Source: Candidatus Hydrogenedentota bacterium
GTDB lineage: Bacteria > Hydrogenedentota > Hydrogenedentia > Hydrogenedentales > GCA-2746185
DNA length: 49,555 bases
Direction of reading: 5' to 3'
Assembly: GCA_046583315.1 (NCBI GenBank)
Contig: JAYGCN010000296.1
Location: 1-49,555, forward strand
This document shows, one piece after another, positions 27,553-36,605 of this stretch. The notes below the pieces were generated by a model that was not told where the DNA came from, did no database searches, and saw only the letters and a list, made by a program, of their open reading frames with translations. A program made the position numbers and the translations under genes. Every line of letters starts with the position of its first letter. Position 1 is the first letter of the stretch.

Positions 27553-28968
27553 ATGCACCGACTGGGAATCATAATGTTTTTGGGGTTCACGCTACCCGCT
27601 GCTTGGGCCCAAGAATTGCGGTCCAACGTCCTGCTCATCTCAATCGACGATCTCAACGACTGGGTGGGCGTACTTGACGGACATCCCCAAGCGAAAACGC
27701 CGAATTTGGACGCCTTTGCCGCGCGATCCACCCTGTTCACGAATGCGCACTGCCAGGCGCCCGTCTGCAATCCATCGCGGGTGAGCCTGATGACTTCTCG
27801 TTATCCATCGTCCACGGGTGTCTATTTTCTAAATCCCCCAATCCAGAAATCTGTGTTCGAGGATCAAGTCGTCACGCTGCCGACGCGATTTAGCCGGGAG
27901 GGGTATCAGGTATTCGCCGCGGGAAAACTGTTTCATAACAGAGACAACGCGGAATATTTTGATGAGTACGCCGGAAATTTTGGCGGCTTTGGACCCACGC
28001 CCGAACAAAAAATCAGTCAACCGCATGGACATCCGCTGTGGGATTGGGGCGCGTATCCAGAACGAACGGATGAAATGCCCGACGACAAAATCGCGAACTG
28101 GGCGGTGGAGCAGTTGCAAAAGGACTACGACAAGCCCTTCTTCATGGGCGTTGGATTCTTCCGTCCACATGTGCCCATGTTTGCCCCGCAAGAATGGTTC
28201 GACAAACATCCGCGAGAGTCGATCCAACTACCCAAAGTACGCAATAATGATCGCGATGATATTTCCAAGTACGGTCGCGACCTCACAACACTCGAACACG
28301 TGGCACCGACACACGAGTGGGTGTCCGAGGCAAATCAATGGGACCACGCCGTGCAGGCCTATCTCGCGTCGACGACGTTTGCGGATGCGTGTGTGGGAAA
28401 AGTGCTTGATGCTTTGGTGGCGAGTCCCCACGCGGACAATACGATCGTGGTGATATTTTCCGATCACGGATTTCATCTTGGCGAAAAGGAGCGTTGGGCG
28501 AAACGGTCACTCTGGGAAGATGGCACGCGCGTGCCGTTGATGATTCAGAGTCCAACTCACGGGCATCCCTCGCAGACATCAGCACCTGCAGAGTTGATTG
28601 ATATCTATCCGACCTTGCTGGACCTGGCCGGGCTCACGTCCGATTCCAATCTTGAAGGACAGAGCCTGCGACCGCTCCTGGACGATCCGGCGGCTCAATG
28701 GAATCATCCCGCACGTACGACCTTCGGCCCTGGAAATCATTCGATTCGAACGAAACGGTGGCGCTATATTCGGTATGCGGACGGTTCGGAGGAGTTGTAT
28801 GATCACGATTCCGACCCGAACGAGTGGGAGAATCTCGCGAATCGAGAGGAATACGAAAAAGTGCTCGCCGACCATCGGAAATGGCTACCGAAAACCCACG
28901 CGCCTATTCTTGGGCAGGATTCGACCGGGCACAAAGCGTTTGCCGCCGCCGAGGCTGCCCGGAATTAG
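27553..28968 (+). CDS. Formylglycine-dependent (Cys-type) sulfatase, iduronate-2-sulfatase-like
   Basis: Signal peptide, SIDDLNDW, CNPSRVSLMT, GKLFH, RPHVP, SDHGFHLGEK, ELYDHDSDPNEWENLA; AAGGAG RBS before MHRLG. Confidence 0.92.
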   Translation: MHRLGIIMFLGFTLPAAWAQELRSNVLLISIDDLNDWVGVLDGHPQAKTPNLDAFAARSTLFTNAHCQAPVCNPSRVSLMTSRYPSSTGVYFLNPPIQKSVFEDQVVTLPTRFSREGYQVFAAGKLFHNRDNAEYFDEYAGNFGGFGPTPEQKISQPHGHPLWDWGAYPERTDEMPDDKIANWAVEQLQKDYDKPFFMGVGFFRPHVPMFAPQEWFDKHPRESIQLPKVRNNDRDDISKYGRDLTTLEHVAPTHEWVSEANQWDHAVQAYLASTTFADACVGKVLDALVASPHADNTIVVIFSDHGFHLGEKERWAKRSLWEDGTRVPLMIQSPTHGHPSQTSAPAELIDIYPTLLDLAGLTSDSNLEGQSLRPLLDDPAAQWNHPARTTFGPGNHSIRTKRWRYIRYADGSEELYDHDSDPNEWENLANREEYEKVLADHRKWLPKTHAPILGQDSTGHKAFAAAEAARN

Positions 28969-29753
28969 AGTCGTCGCACTCCGAATCCGCCCCCGACTTC
29001 GATGACGGCACCCGTCGCGTAGTCGAAGGCTCCATCCACCAAAGAAGCGACAACCTTACCAATGTCCTCCGGCGTTCCCCAGCGTGATTGCAACAATAGC
29101 CCATCCTCAATAAGTTGGTCGTATTTGTCGGTAGCCGCTTCGGTCATGTCGGTCTTGATGATGCCCGGCTGAATTTCATAAACGTTGATGCCGAATCCCG
29201 CGAGCCGTACCGCGAAGGTCTGCGCGGCCATGCTGAGCCCCGCTTTGCTGATGCAATACTCCGCGCGGTCCGTACTCGCCGCCGTTGCTGAAATACTGGT
29301 AATGAAAATGATGCTCGGGCGATGCAGAAGCCGATCCCCGACCCCGCGAATCATTTCGTGTGCGATCCGTTGTGACAAAAAAAACGGACCCCGCAAATTC
29401 ACATCCATCACGCGCTGATAGATTTCCGGCGTGGTGTCGAGAATATCCAGGCGCTCTTCCGGAGCAATGCCCGCGTTGTTTACGAGTACGTCGATTTTTC
29501 CGAATCGGTCGAGGGCCTCAGTCACCATTGTTGCATGGTCGTCTTGATTGGCGATGTCACCCGCAACGGGCAGAAATTCCTGGCCCAGTTCCTCCACGCG
29601 GGCCTTGACTTCATACAAGCCCGATTCCGTATTGGAAGGTTCGGCCTTCGTCGCGGCGCCCACGATGTCGTAGCCCTTCGTGGCCAATATTAAAGCAATC
29701 CCTCGCCCGATTCCGCGACTGGCCCCTGTAATCATCGCCACTGGTTTAGACAT
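28965..29753 (-). CDS. SDR family oxidoreductase (3-ketoacyl-ACP reductase-like)
   Basis: ITGASRGIG, NNAGI, YCISK; start MSKPV overlaps the upstream stop and has an AAGGAGG RBS. Confidence 0.9.
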   Translation of the reverse strand: MSKPVAMITGASRGIGRGIALILATKGYDIVGAATKAEPSNTESGLYEVKARVEELGQEFLPVAGDIANQDDHATMVTEALDRFGKIDVLVNNAGIAPEERLDILDTTPEIYQRVMDVNLRGPFFLSQRIAHEMIRGVGDRLLHRPSIIFITSISATAASTDRAEYCISKAGLSMAAQTFAVRLAGFGINVYEIQPGIIKTDMTEAATDKYDQLIEDGLLLQSRWGTPEDIGKVVASLVDGAFDYATGAVIEVGGGFGVRRL

Positions 29754-30570
29754 GATTTCGATACGCCTCCTTGATGCGCTCCAAGTACTCGACTTGCTCA
29801 ATCGCCCAATGCTCGTCTGAGAATATCTCAACTTCGATGTACCCATCAAACCCGGCCGCCTCGACCCATCCGCGAATCTCGGGAACATTGATACAACCTT
29901 GCCCCATGAGCGCACGGTCATTGAGTAAATCCCGCGTGGGAGTACGCCAATCGTTCACGTGGAATGCGAGTATTGAATCGCCCGCACGCGCGATTTCTGA
30001 CTTCAGATCAGGATCCCACCACGTATGATACACGTCCAGAGCGATACCGACAGTTGGGGAATCCAGCATTTCCACCATGTCGTTCGCCTGGGCCATCGTG
30101 TTCACGGCTGACCGCGTGTCGGCGTACATCGGATGCAACGGTTCGATAGCCAGCTTCACGCCCGCCGCTTCTGCATCAGGAATCACAGCGGCAATCCCGT
30201 CCAAAATCTGTTTGCGCGATTCGGCTAAAGCAAGACCGGATTCTGCGCCGCACACCAACACCACGAATGGCGCGCCAATTGCCGCGGCTTCTTCGATGGC
30301 TTTCCGGTTGTCATCAATCGTTTTGGTGCGGCCCGAAACATTCATCGCTGGAAAGAATCCACCGCGACACAGGCTGACCACGTCCAGCCCGGAGTCGTTT
30401 AGTCGTCGTGCGGATTCTTCAACACCCAACGCTTCCAATACGGGCCGCCACACAGTAATGCCCGAAATTCCCGCAGCTGAATAGGCATCAATGGCCTCGG
30501 ACAACGAGAGTGATTGCGTTGTGATCGTGTGGACGCATAGGCGACTGAAATCGTGAATGGGTTTCGGCAC
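29746..30570 (-). CDS. Sugar phosphate isomerase/epimerase (xylose isomerase-like TIM barrel)
   Basis: LCRGGFF, LAIEPLHP, DVYHTWWDP, FHVNDW, DRALMGQG, EVEIFS. Confidence 0.88.
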   Translation of the reverse strand: MPKPIHDFSRLCVHTITTQSLSLSEAIDAYSAAGISGITVWRPVLEALGVEESARRLNDSGLDVVSLCRGGFFPAMNVSGRTKTIDDNRKAIEEAAAIGAPFVVLVCGAESGLALAESRKQILDGIAAVIPDAEAAGVKLAIEPLHPMYADTRSAVNTMAQANDMVEMLDSPTVGIALDVYHTWWDPDLKSEIARAGDSILAFHVNDWRTPTRDLLNDRALMGQGCINVPEIRGWVEAAGFDGYIEVEIFSDEHWAIEQVEYLERIKEAYRNHV

Positions 30571-30579
30571 GCCGTCTCC

Positions 30580-31725
30580 CTAGCCTAGATCCGGGACATC
30601 GAGCCACTTACCGCAATCCCAGGAATCCATTGCCAACTCGGCCAGTTGTACACCTTTTGCCGCTTCCCGGAGATCCCATCGGTAGGGTTCATCGAAAACC
30701 ACATGGCGCAGAAACAGTTCCCACTGAATTCTGAACGCATTCGCATAATTCGTCTCGGATGGTGCCGATTCCCAGTTGGAAAAGTAGTCGATTGGTTTCT
30801 CTACACCCGGATTCCAGACGGGTCGCGGCGTATTCTCCGCCGATTGCGTCAGGCAGTCTCGCAGACCCGCCACCGCCGATCCCTTTGTGCCGTCCACTTG
30901 AATCGTCAACAGATCATCGCGGCGCACACGCACCGTCCACGACGAGTTGAAGTGGCAGATGATATTTTTGTCCGTGCGGAAGGTCGCGTATGCCGCGTCG
31001 TCTGCGGTACATGCGTAAGGGTCTCCGTTTTCATCGTTTCGTTCCGGGACGTGCGTGGCCGCCGTACACGTCAGGGCCGTAATGTTCCCGAACAGATTAT
31101 CAACGACGTAACGCCAATGCGGCATCATATCGAGGATGATTCCGCCGCCGTCCTCCTTGCGATAATTCCACGAAGGGCGTTGCGGCTCTCCATCTTCACC
31201 CGTGAACACCCAATATCCGAATTCGCCCCGCACCGAGAGGATGTCGCCGAAAAACCCCTCATCGATCAGGCGTTTCAACTTTACCAGGCCCGGCAGCCAC
31301 AACTTATCCTGCACCGCACCGTGTTTTATGCCCGCCGCATTCGCCAAACGATAGAGTTCCATCGCTTCCGAGGACGTTTCGGCAGTTGGTTTCTCGCAGT
31401 AGACGTTTATGCCCTCCGCGATGGCTCGCTTGACCGATTCCACGCGGCGTTGGGTCGTTTGCGCATCAAAATAAATTGTGTTGGCCGAATCGTTCAGTGC
31501 CGATTCGAGGTCGGTTGTGAATGCCAGTCCGCCAAAGCGTTCGGACAGGCTTCGGAGTTTGTCTTCATTACGACCCACCAGAATCGGTTCCGGCAAAATT
31601 GTCTCGCTGCCCACAACCACGCCGCCTTGCTCGCGTATGGCCACGATGGACCGTTCAAGATGTTGGTTGGTACCCATGCGCCCGGTGACGCCGTTCATAA
31701 TAATGCCGATTCGGTGTGTGCTCAC
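30580..31725 (-). CDS. Gfo/Idh/MocA family oxidoreductase
   Basis: MNGVTGRMG, YCEKP, VQDKLWLPG, RGEFGYWVF, QRPSWNYRKEDGGGIILDM. Confidence 0.9.
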   Translation of the reverse strand: MSTHRIGIIMNGVTGRMGTNQHLERSIVAIREQGGVVVGSETILPEPILVGRNEDKLRSLSERFGGLAFTTDLESALNDSANTIYFDAQTTQRRVESVKRAIAEGINVYCEKPTAETSSEAMELYRLANAAGIKHGAVQDKLWLPGLVKLKRLIDEGFFGDILSVRGEFGYWVFTGEDGEPQRPSWNYRKEDGGGIILDMMPHWRYVVDNLFGNITALTCTAATHVPERNDENGDPYACTADDAAYATFRTDKNIICHFNSSWTVRVRRDDLLTIQVDGTKGSAVAGLRDCLTQSAENTPRPVWNPGVEKPIDYFSNWESAPSETNYANAFRIQWELFLRHVVFDEPYRWDLREAAKGVQLAELAMDSWDCGKWLDVPDLG

Positions 31726-31732
31726 AATGATC

Positions 31733-32374
31733 CTATGCTTGTCGAAGTTTCGCGATGCTATCCGTCACGGCATGTGCCCGTGCAGAAATCTCCGTCCAAT
31801 TTTGGTTACGAATCAAATTCGCCGGAGCGATCCATGTGCCACCCGCCGCGATGACTGACGCGTGACCCAGATAATGGGACACGTTTTCAACGTTGATGCC
31901 GCCCGTGGGCATGAAACGAACTCCCAAGTGCGCGTAGGGCGCATGAATCGCGTTAAGCATCTTGATGCCACCCGCCGCTTCAGCCGGGAAAAATTTTAGC
32001 GTGAGACAGCCAAGTTCTATTGCCGCTTCGACATCGTTTGGCGTGCAGACACCGGGGAAAAAGGGCAAGTCGATGGACTGCGCCCGTTGCACGACCCGCG
32101 CGTTCAATCCGGGTGCCACGCCGAATCCTGCACCGGCATCTTTGGCAGCGTCTACCGATTCCGGTGTCAGCAAGGTGCCGGCACCAACCAGAAAATCAGG
32201 CATGGCAGTGGCGACGAGGCAGATGGCATCTGCGGCGGCTTCGGTGCGAAAAGTAAACTCGACGACTTCCAGGCCGCCCGCCTCAAGCGCCATGCACAGC
32301 GGCACGGCATTGTCGGCATCATCAATGGTGACCACCGGAACGACCCGACATTTTTCCAATTTTTCAATCAACAT
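31733..32374 (-). CDS. eda: KDPG/KHG aldolase
   Basis: VVPVV, EFTFRT, GAGT, PGVCTP, LKFFPA (Schiff-base Lys), FMPTGGI. Confidence 0.92.
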   Translation of the reverse strand: MLIEKLEKCRVVPVVTIDDADNAVPLCMALEAGGLEVVEFTFRTEAAADAICLVATAMPDFLVGAGTLLTPESVDAAKDAGAGFGVAPGLNARVVQRAQSIDLPFFPGVCTPNDVEAAIELGCLTLKFFPAEAAGGIKMLNAIHAPYAHLGVRFMPTGGINVENVSHYLGHASVIAAGGTWIAPANLIRNQNWTEISARAHAVTDSIAKLRQA

Positions 32375-32389
32375 GCTTTCGGTCCTGCT

Positions 32390-33778
32390 TCACTCAATAA
32401 AGAATGTAAGGTAGGTTTCGTTCTGAATCAGACGTTGAAGATACACCGCCAGCTCCATCAAATGGTAATCGCCCCACATGGAAGACTCACCCTGCGGCGC
32501 CGATTTTCCCTCGGGAATGTGATCCCAACCGTTGGGTCTATGATACACAGAATGCAGCAGCAATCCCTGATGATGTTCGTCCATCGACAAGTAAGGTTCA
32601 TCAAACAGGGTGCGTGCAACGGTCAGACCCGCTTGAAAATACTTCTTACCCGACTGCGAATCAACGCCAAGACAGTGTCCGAGTCGCAACAGGCCCTGTG
32701 CTGCAATCGCCGCCGCCGAACTGTCCACCGGTTCGTAGGGATTGTCGATGACGGCAGGTTGATTCAGATGATCAGGCATTTCCGCGAGACCCGGAGCGCC
32801 GGTGTCCCAATAGGGAATGCCATCGGTCGGCGTATGGTCGATGTAGAAATCGCAGGTCGCGTTGGCCATTTTCAGTAGCGTCGATTCGAACTCGTCGCGT
32901 CCTCCAATTTCGGTGAATTGAGCATCATCCAGATTCTTGAGGCACTCGAGCTCTTCAGCGGCACCCAACATGATCCACGCCAGCCCGCGCGTCCATGTTG
33001 TGAATGGCGAATACCCCTGTTGCGTGCTCGGGCATCGATAGCGTCCGTCGGTCATGTTGAAGATGCTCTCATGCACGACGCGCCCGCGAACATCATAGGC
33101 ATCGCGTCCGTCGCCGTAATAGACGTTGAATTGCGAAGTGTTCAGTATGTGTTCGTAGGCTCGTTGCAACAACGAAATGGCTTCATCATTCTCGCCCATC
33201 AGGCGATGTCCGAGTTGGTGGGCAAGCATCAGACTGCGGCATGAACGAATCGTGTCGCTGAACAGAGAGTGGGGGCCGTTGAAGGAATGGATGAAGCCCG
33301 TGCCGTTATCAACTTCGGACCAGCGTGCCGCCTGAACGGCTCCGGAAACCTTCAATGCCATCTCATAGAAATGCCGCGCGTCCTCCCCTCCGCTGATGCG
33401 GCCTTCCCGATTCAATCGATGCAGATTTCCATAGGTGCTCATGTTATTGAAGCCGTGATCGTGGACACCGATGTGGCTCACGTGTGGGGCCATGTGGTTG
33501 ATCGTGTTCTGACGACCAAGTGCCAGGAACTCTTCGTCCCCGGTTCCGTCGAAGAGCAAAATCTGGCAGCCGTACTGAAATCCCTGCGTCCACTCCGTCC
33601 ATCCCAGCGAGGTGTAGCTCCCGTTGGCGGTAAAAACGGGGGAAGCCTTGCCCGGATCAGTGGCATTGTCGAGCGCGCGAACCTTGGGCATTGCGCGTTC
33701 AAAGAAATACTTGATCGCCGACCTCAGATCGGTGAGTTTCAGGTCATCAGAAGCGGCAATCATCGAAGGGACACCCAT
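32390..33778 (-). CDS. Glycoside hydrolase family 88-like (unsaturated glucuronyl hydrolase)
   Basis: WTQGF, HDHGF, SDT, QGYS..WTRGLAW, PYWD, DSSAAAI, WGDY; no signal peptide. Confidence 0.82.
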   Translation of the reverse strand: MGVPSMIAASDDLKLTDLRSAIKYFFERAMPKVRALDNATDPGKASPVFTANGSYTSLGWTEWTQGFQYGCQILLFDGTGDEEFLALGRQNTINHMAPHVSHIGVHDHGFNNMSTYGNLHRLNREGRISGGEDARHFYEMALKVSGAVQAARWSEVDNGTGFIHSFNGPHSLFSDTIRSCRSLMLAHQLGHRLMGENDEAISLLQRAYEHILNTSQFNVYYGDGRDAYDVRGRVVHESIFNMTDGRYRCPSTQQGYSPFTTWTRGLAWIMLGAAEELECLKNLDDAQFTEIGGRDEFESTLLKMANATCDFYIDHTPTDGIPYWDTGAPGLAEMPDHLNQPAVIDNPYEPVDSSAAAIAAQGLLRLGHCLGVDSQSGKKYFQAGLTVARTLFDEPYLSMDEHHQGLLLHSVYHRPNGWDHIPEGKSAPQGESSMWGDYHLMELAVYLQRLIQNETYLTFFIE

Positions 33779-33987
33779 TGGAGTTGAAGAGACGGCGTTG
33801 GTGGTACAGAATCAGCTGAATTCTGGCATATTTCGGACGGGTTTTGCACCCTGTAATAAGGGCATTTATCGGCTTTAATCGGGTGCTTGCGGGTCTAAAA
33901 GTGTACGGTCAGGTGGCTGAATTCGTATCGAACAGTTCTGTTCACCTCACACTTTGTTCGTGACACCTGAAATTGTCGAAAGGTTTT

Positions 33988-34000
33988 TAACCTGTTGATA
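33988..34000 (-). promoter_or_regulatory. IHF binding site
   Basis: TATCAACAGGTTA on the minus strand is an exact WATCAANNNNTTR match, about 40 nt upstream of a sigma54 box. Confidence 0.65.
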
Positions 34001-34038
34001 TTAAAAAGGTTATGTTGAGTATAAAACATCAATAATTT

Positions 34039-34053
34039 TGGCATAACACTTGC
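34039..34053 (+). promoter_or_regulatory. sigma54 (RpoN) -24/-12 promoter
   Basis: TGGCATAACACTTGC fits TGGCA-N6-TTGC with exact GG-N10-GC spacing, in an AT-rich intergenic region about 100 nt before the start codon. Confidence 0.75.
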
Positions 34054-34156
34054 GTTTTGCACATAGCCCAAGCAAATACCACTCTAAATCAAATGGATTG
34101 GCGGATTCTGGATATCTGCCCCACTAATCACCCTCAATGAGAAGGAGATCCCTACC

Positions 34157-35428
34157 ATGAAAACGCACACACTAGGAATAGTGAGCGTGGCTGCGTTGGC
34201 GACCACCCTATGCGCGTCGAGTTTTGCAGACGTGCCTGCACGCCCGACCTTCACCAAAGATGTATTACCTATTCTTCAGGAAAACTGTCAGAACTGCCAT
34301 CGTCCACTGGGCAAGAATTTATCGGGCATGGTCGCGCCGATGTCGTTGATGACCTATCAGGAAGTTCGTCCCTGGGCCAAAGCGATATCGAAAGCCGTTG
34401 ACGAAGCAAGCATGCCGCCGTGGCACGCTTGCAAAGAATTCAACGGTCACTTCAAGAACGAACGCACCTTGACCGACGACGAAAAAGCAACGCTTATCAA
34501 ATGGACGGAACAGCGTGCACCGCGTGGTAATCCCAGTGATGCTCCGGCATCCATTGAATTCCCAGAAACGGGTTGGAACTTTGGTGAGCCTGACTTGGTC
34601 GTGAGTTTCCCCGATCCGTTCTTCGTAGCGGACGACGTGGAAGATCTCTATCACAACGTCACCGCGAAAATAGCAAAAGAACAAATGCCCGACACGCGTT
34701 GGATCAAACAGATTGAATTCCGTCCCGACAGTGAAGTGGTTCACCACATCATCGGCTACGCCACGCAAGATGGCGACAGTGCTGAAATTTCTGCACGTGA
34801 AGGCGAACAGACCCGCGGCATGCTCGGCGGAATGGCTCCGGGTACAGAAGAAGCCACTTGGCCTGAAGGTTACGGCATTCAGCTCGATCCTGAATCCAGC
34901 ATTACCTTCGCCATGCACTACCACAAAGAAGCTTGCCCGGGTACAGGCATGATGGATAGCTCCGATATCGGCTTTGTATTCCACGATAAGCCTGTTGAGC
35001 ACCCCATTGAAATCTCCAAAATTGGACACGGTGCCTTTGAATTGCCGCCCGACACGGACGACTGGCGTGTTGGTGCTTCCCGCACATTCGACGAAGACAC
35101 GATTCTGCTTTCGATGATGCCGCACATGCACTTGCGCGGCAAGTCGGCCAAGTACACGGCTTTCTACCCCGATGGCACTTCGGATGTCTTGCTCGACCTA
35201 CCCGTGTACGACTTTAATTGGCAGACGCAGTACGACCTTGCAATAAACAAGCTGTTGCCTGCTGGCACGCGTATCGAAATGGAACTCCGTTTCGATAACT
35301 CGGTCGAAAATGCAGAACAGATTGGCTCTAATCCAAATAGACCTGTTCGTTTTGGTGGACCCACAACGGATGAGATGGACTTGGCCTGGATTACTATCGC
35401 ACCGGCGCAACCCGTATCGGGCGACTAA
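34157..35428 (+). CDS. Secreted cytochrome c + copper type II (PHM/DBH-like) monooxygenase domain protein, paralog 2
   Basis: Signal peptide; PTFTKDVLPILQENCQNCH..MPPW; VVHH, AMHY, PHMHLRGK, YDFNWQ, DEM; AAGGAG RBS; no EF-hand tail. Confidence 0.85.
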   Translation: MKTHTLGIVSVAALATTLCASSFADVPARPTFTKDVLPILQENCQNCHRPLGKNLSGMVAPMSLMTYQEVRPWAKAISKAVDEASMPPWHACKEFNGHFKNERTLTDDEKATLIKWTEQRAPRGNPSDAPASIEFPETGWNFGEPDLVVSFPDPFFVADDVEDLYHNVTAKIAKEQMPDTRWIKQIEFRPDSEVVHHIIGYATQDGDSAEISAREGEQTRGMLGGMAPGTEEATWPEGYGIQLDPESSITFAMHYHKEACPGTGMMDSSDIGFVFHDKPVEHPIEISKIGHGAFELPPDTDDWRVGASRTFDEDTILLSMMPHMHLRGKSAKYTAFYPDGTSDVLLDLPVYDFNWQTQYDLAINKLLPAGTRIEMELRFDNSVENAEQIGSNPNRPVRFGGPTTDEMDLAWITIAPAQPVSGD

Positions 35429-35434
35429 CCAGTG

Positions 35435-35484
35435 CGTGGCCGGGGGGCGAGGATACACTCGGCTCGGTGAGTCGCCCCCGGCAC
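35435..35484 (+). repeat. GC-rich intercistronic hairpin
   Basis: CGTGGCCGGGGGGCGA...TCGCCCCCGGCACG imperfect inverted repeat with no U-tract. Confidence 0.55.
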
Positions 35485-35522
35485 GATATTCACAAACGAT
35501 TTACTGGAAAGGACAGGAAATC

Positions 35523-36434
35523 ATGAAACGATATATACAAATTCTTACCGCCCTTACGGTGTTGGTCGGTGGTTCGTGGATGACCAACGCGGAAGACGCG
35601 GTTGCGACCGCGCTTGATTTCTCAGAAGTACCCCGCTTGGCAGGTCAGTGGAGAGTGACGCTGGACTTGAATGGCAACGAAATGGACTTCTACCTGAATG
35701 TTGAGGACATCAACGGAAAGGTTGGAGCAACCATCGATACTGAACGTCAACCCGAAACGCGTGCGATTGAAACAATCACCAAAACGGAAGCCGGAGTGGA
35801 CTTTGAATTCGCGTTTTCCATGGGTGATCAGAGTTTCACATTGCATCTTGTAGTCAAGGAATCCGCCGGTAGCCTCAGCGGTACGTTACGCGAAGAAAAC
35901 GGTTTGTTCGCCGGGGAAGTAAGCGGTAAACGCGGATCGCTCGAAGAATCCGATGCCAAACGAGCTGCCCCTACCGAAGCGCGCTTGCGTTTCGGCGACG
36001 ACAAGGTGCGCGTGACCTTTGGCAGCCTCAAGATGGACTCCCCAGACTATGCAACGCTCAACGTTTTGTCCGACGATGCCCTATACACCTACGTAGGATC
36101 TCGCGCGACGAAACTGTTTACCGATACCGACCTGCAATTCGGCGCCACTACGGTAAAAGCGCATAACATCTCCGCGAATTATCCCGGCGTGTACAGCCTG
36201 TGGCTAAAACGTCAAGGCGACACCTGGTCGCTTGTATTCAATGAACAACCGGACATTTGGAGTACGCAGCACGATGCGGACTTTGACGTTGCGACGGTTC
36301 CTTTAACGGCTAAGAAATCATCCAAGGCGCAGGAACGATTCCTGGTGACGTTGAAAGAAGCCGGTGACAGCGGGCAATTGACATTCGCTTGGGGTGACAC
36401 AATCTGGTCGACACCGTTCTCCGCAGTACAATAG
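35523..36434 (+). CDS. Secreted protein with an N-terminal beta domain and a C-terminal DUF2911-like domain
   Basis: Signal peptide MKRYIQ..TNA; C-terminal ATKLFTDTDLQFG..PGVYSLW..WSLVFN..W..DVATVPL..ERFLVTL..LTFAWGDT resembles DUF2911. Confidence 0.7.
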   Translation: MKRYIQILTALTVLVGGSWMTNAEDAVATALDFSEVPRLAGQWRVTLDLNGNEMDFYLNVEDINGKVGATIDTERQPETRAIETITKTEAGVDFEFAFSMGDQSFTLHLVVKESAGSLSGTLREENGLFAGEVSGKRGSLEESDAKRAAPTEARLRFGDDKVRVTFGSLKMDSPDYATLNVLSDDALYTYVGSRATKLFTDTDLQFGATTVKAHNISANYPGVYSLWLKRQGDTWSLVFNEQPDIWSTQHDADFDVATVPLTAKKSSKAQERFLVTLKEAGDSGQLTFAWGDTIWSTPFSAVQ

Positions 36435-36453
36435 TTTAATTTCACCTTCTCAT

Positions 36454-36509
36454 TGCAGACCTTGATTTCAGTGTCCTCCCACACTGACTTCGGGGCCTGC
36501 ATTTTTTTT
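36454..36509 (+). terminator. Rho-independent terminator
   Basis: Long stem TGCAGACCTTGA..TCAGTGT / ACACTGA..TCGGGGCCTGCA followed by T8. Confidence 0.8.
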
Positions 36510-36605
36510 GATGACGTCCACGGCCTATCGGAAGTGCGCATATTCTCGATGGGTGTGATACAATTAGCACCCTAATTACTGCATTAACCCAAGAGTTATC
36601 CGTTC

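Noticed and set aside
30646..31854. 402-aa plus-strand ORF
   Set aside because: Antisense to a well-supported Gfo/Idh/MocA gene, with no motifs; typical of high-GC codon bias.
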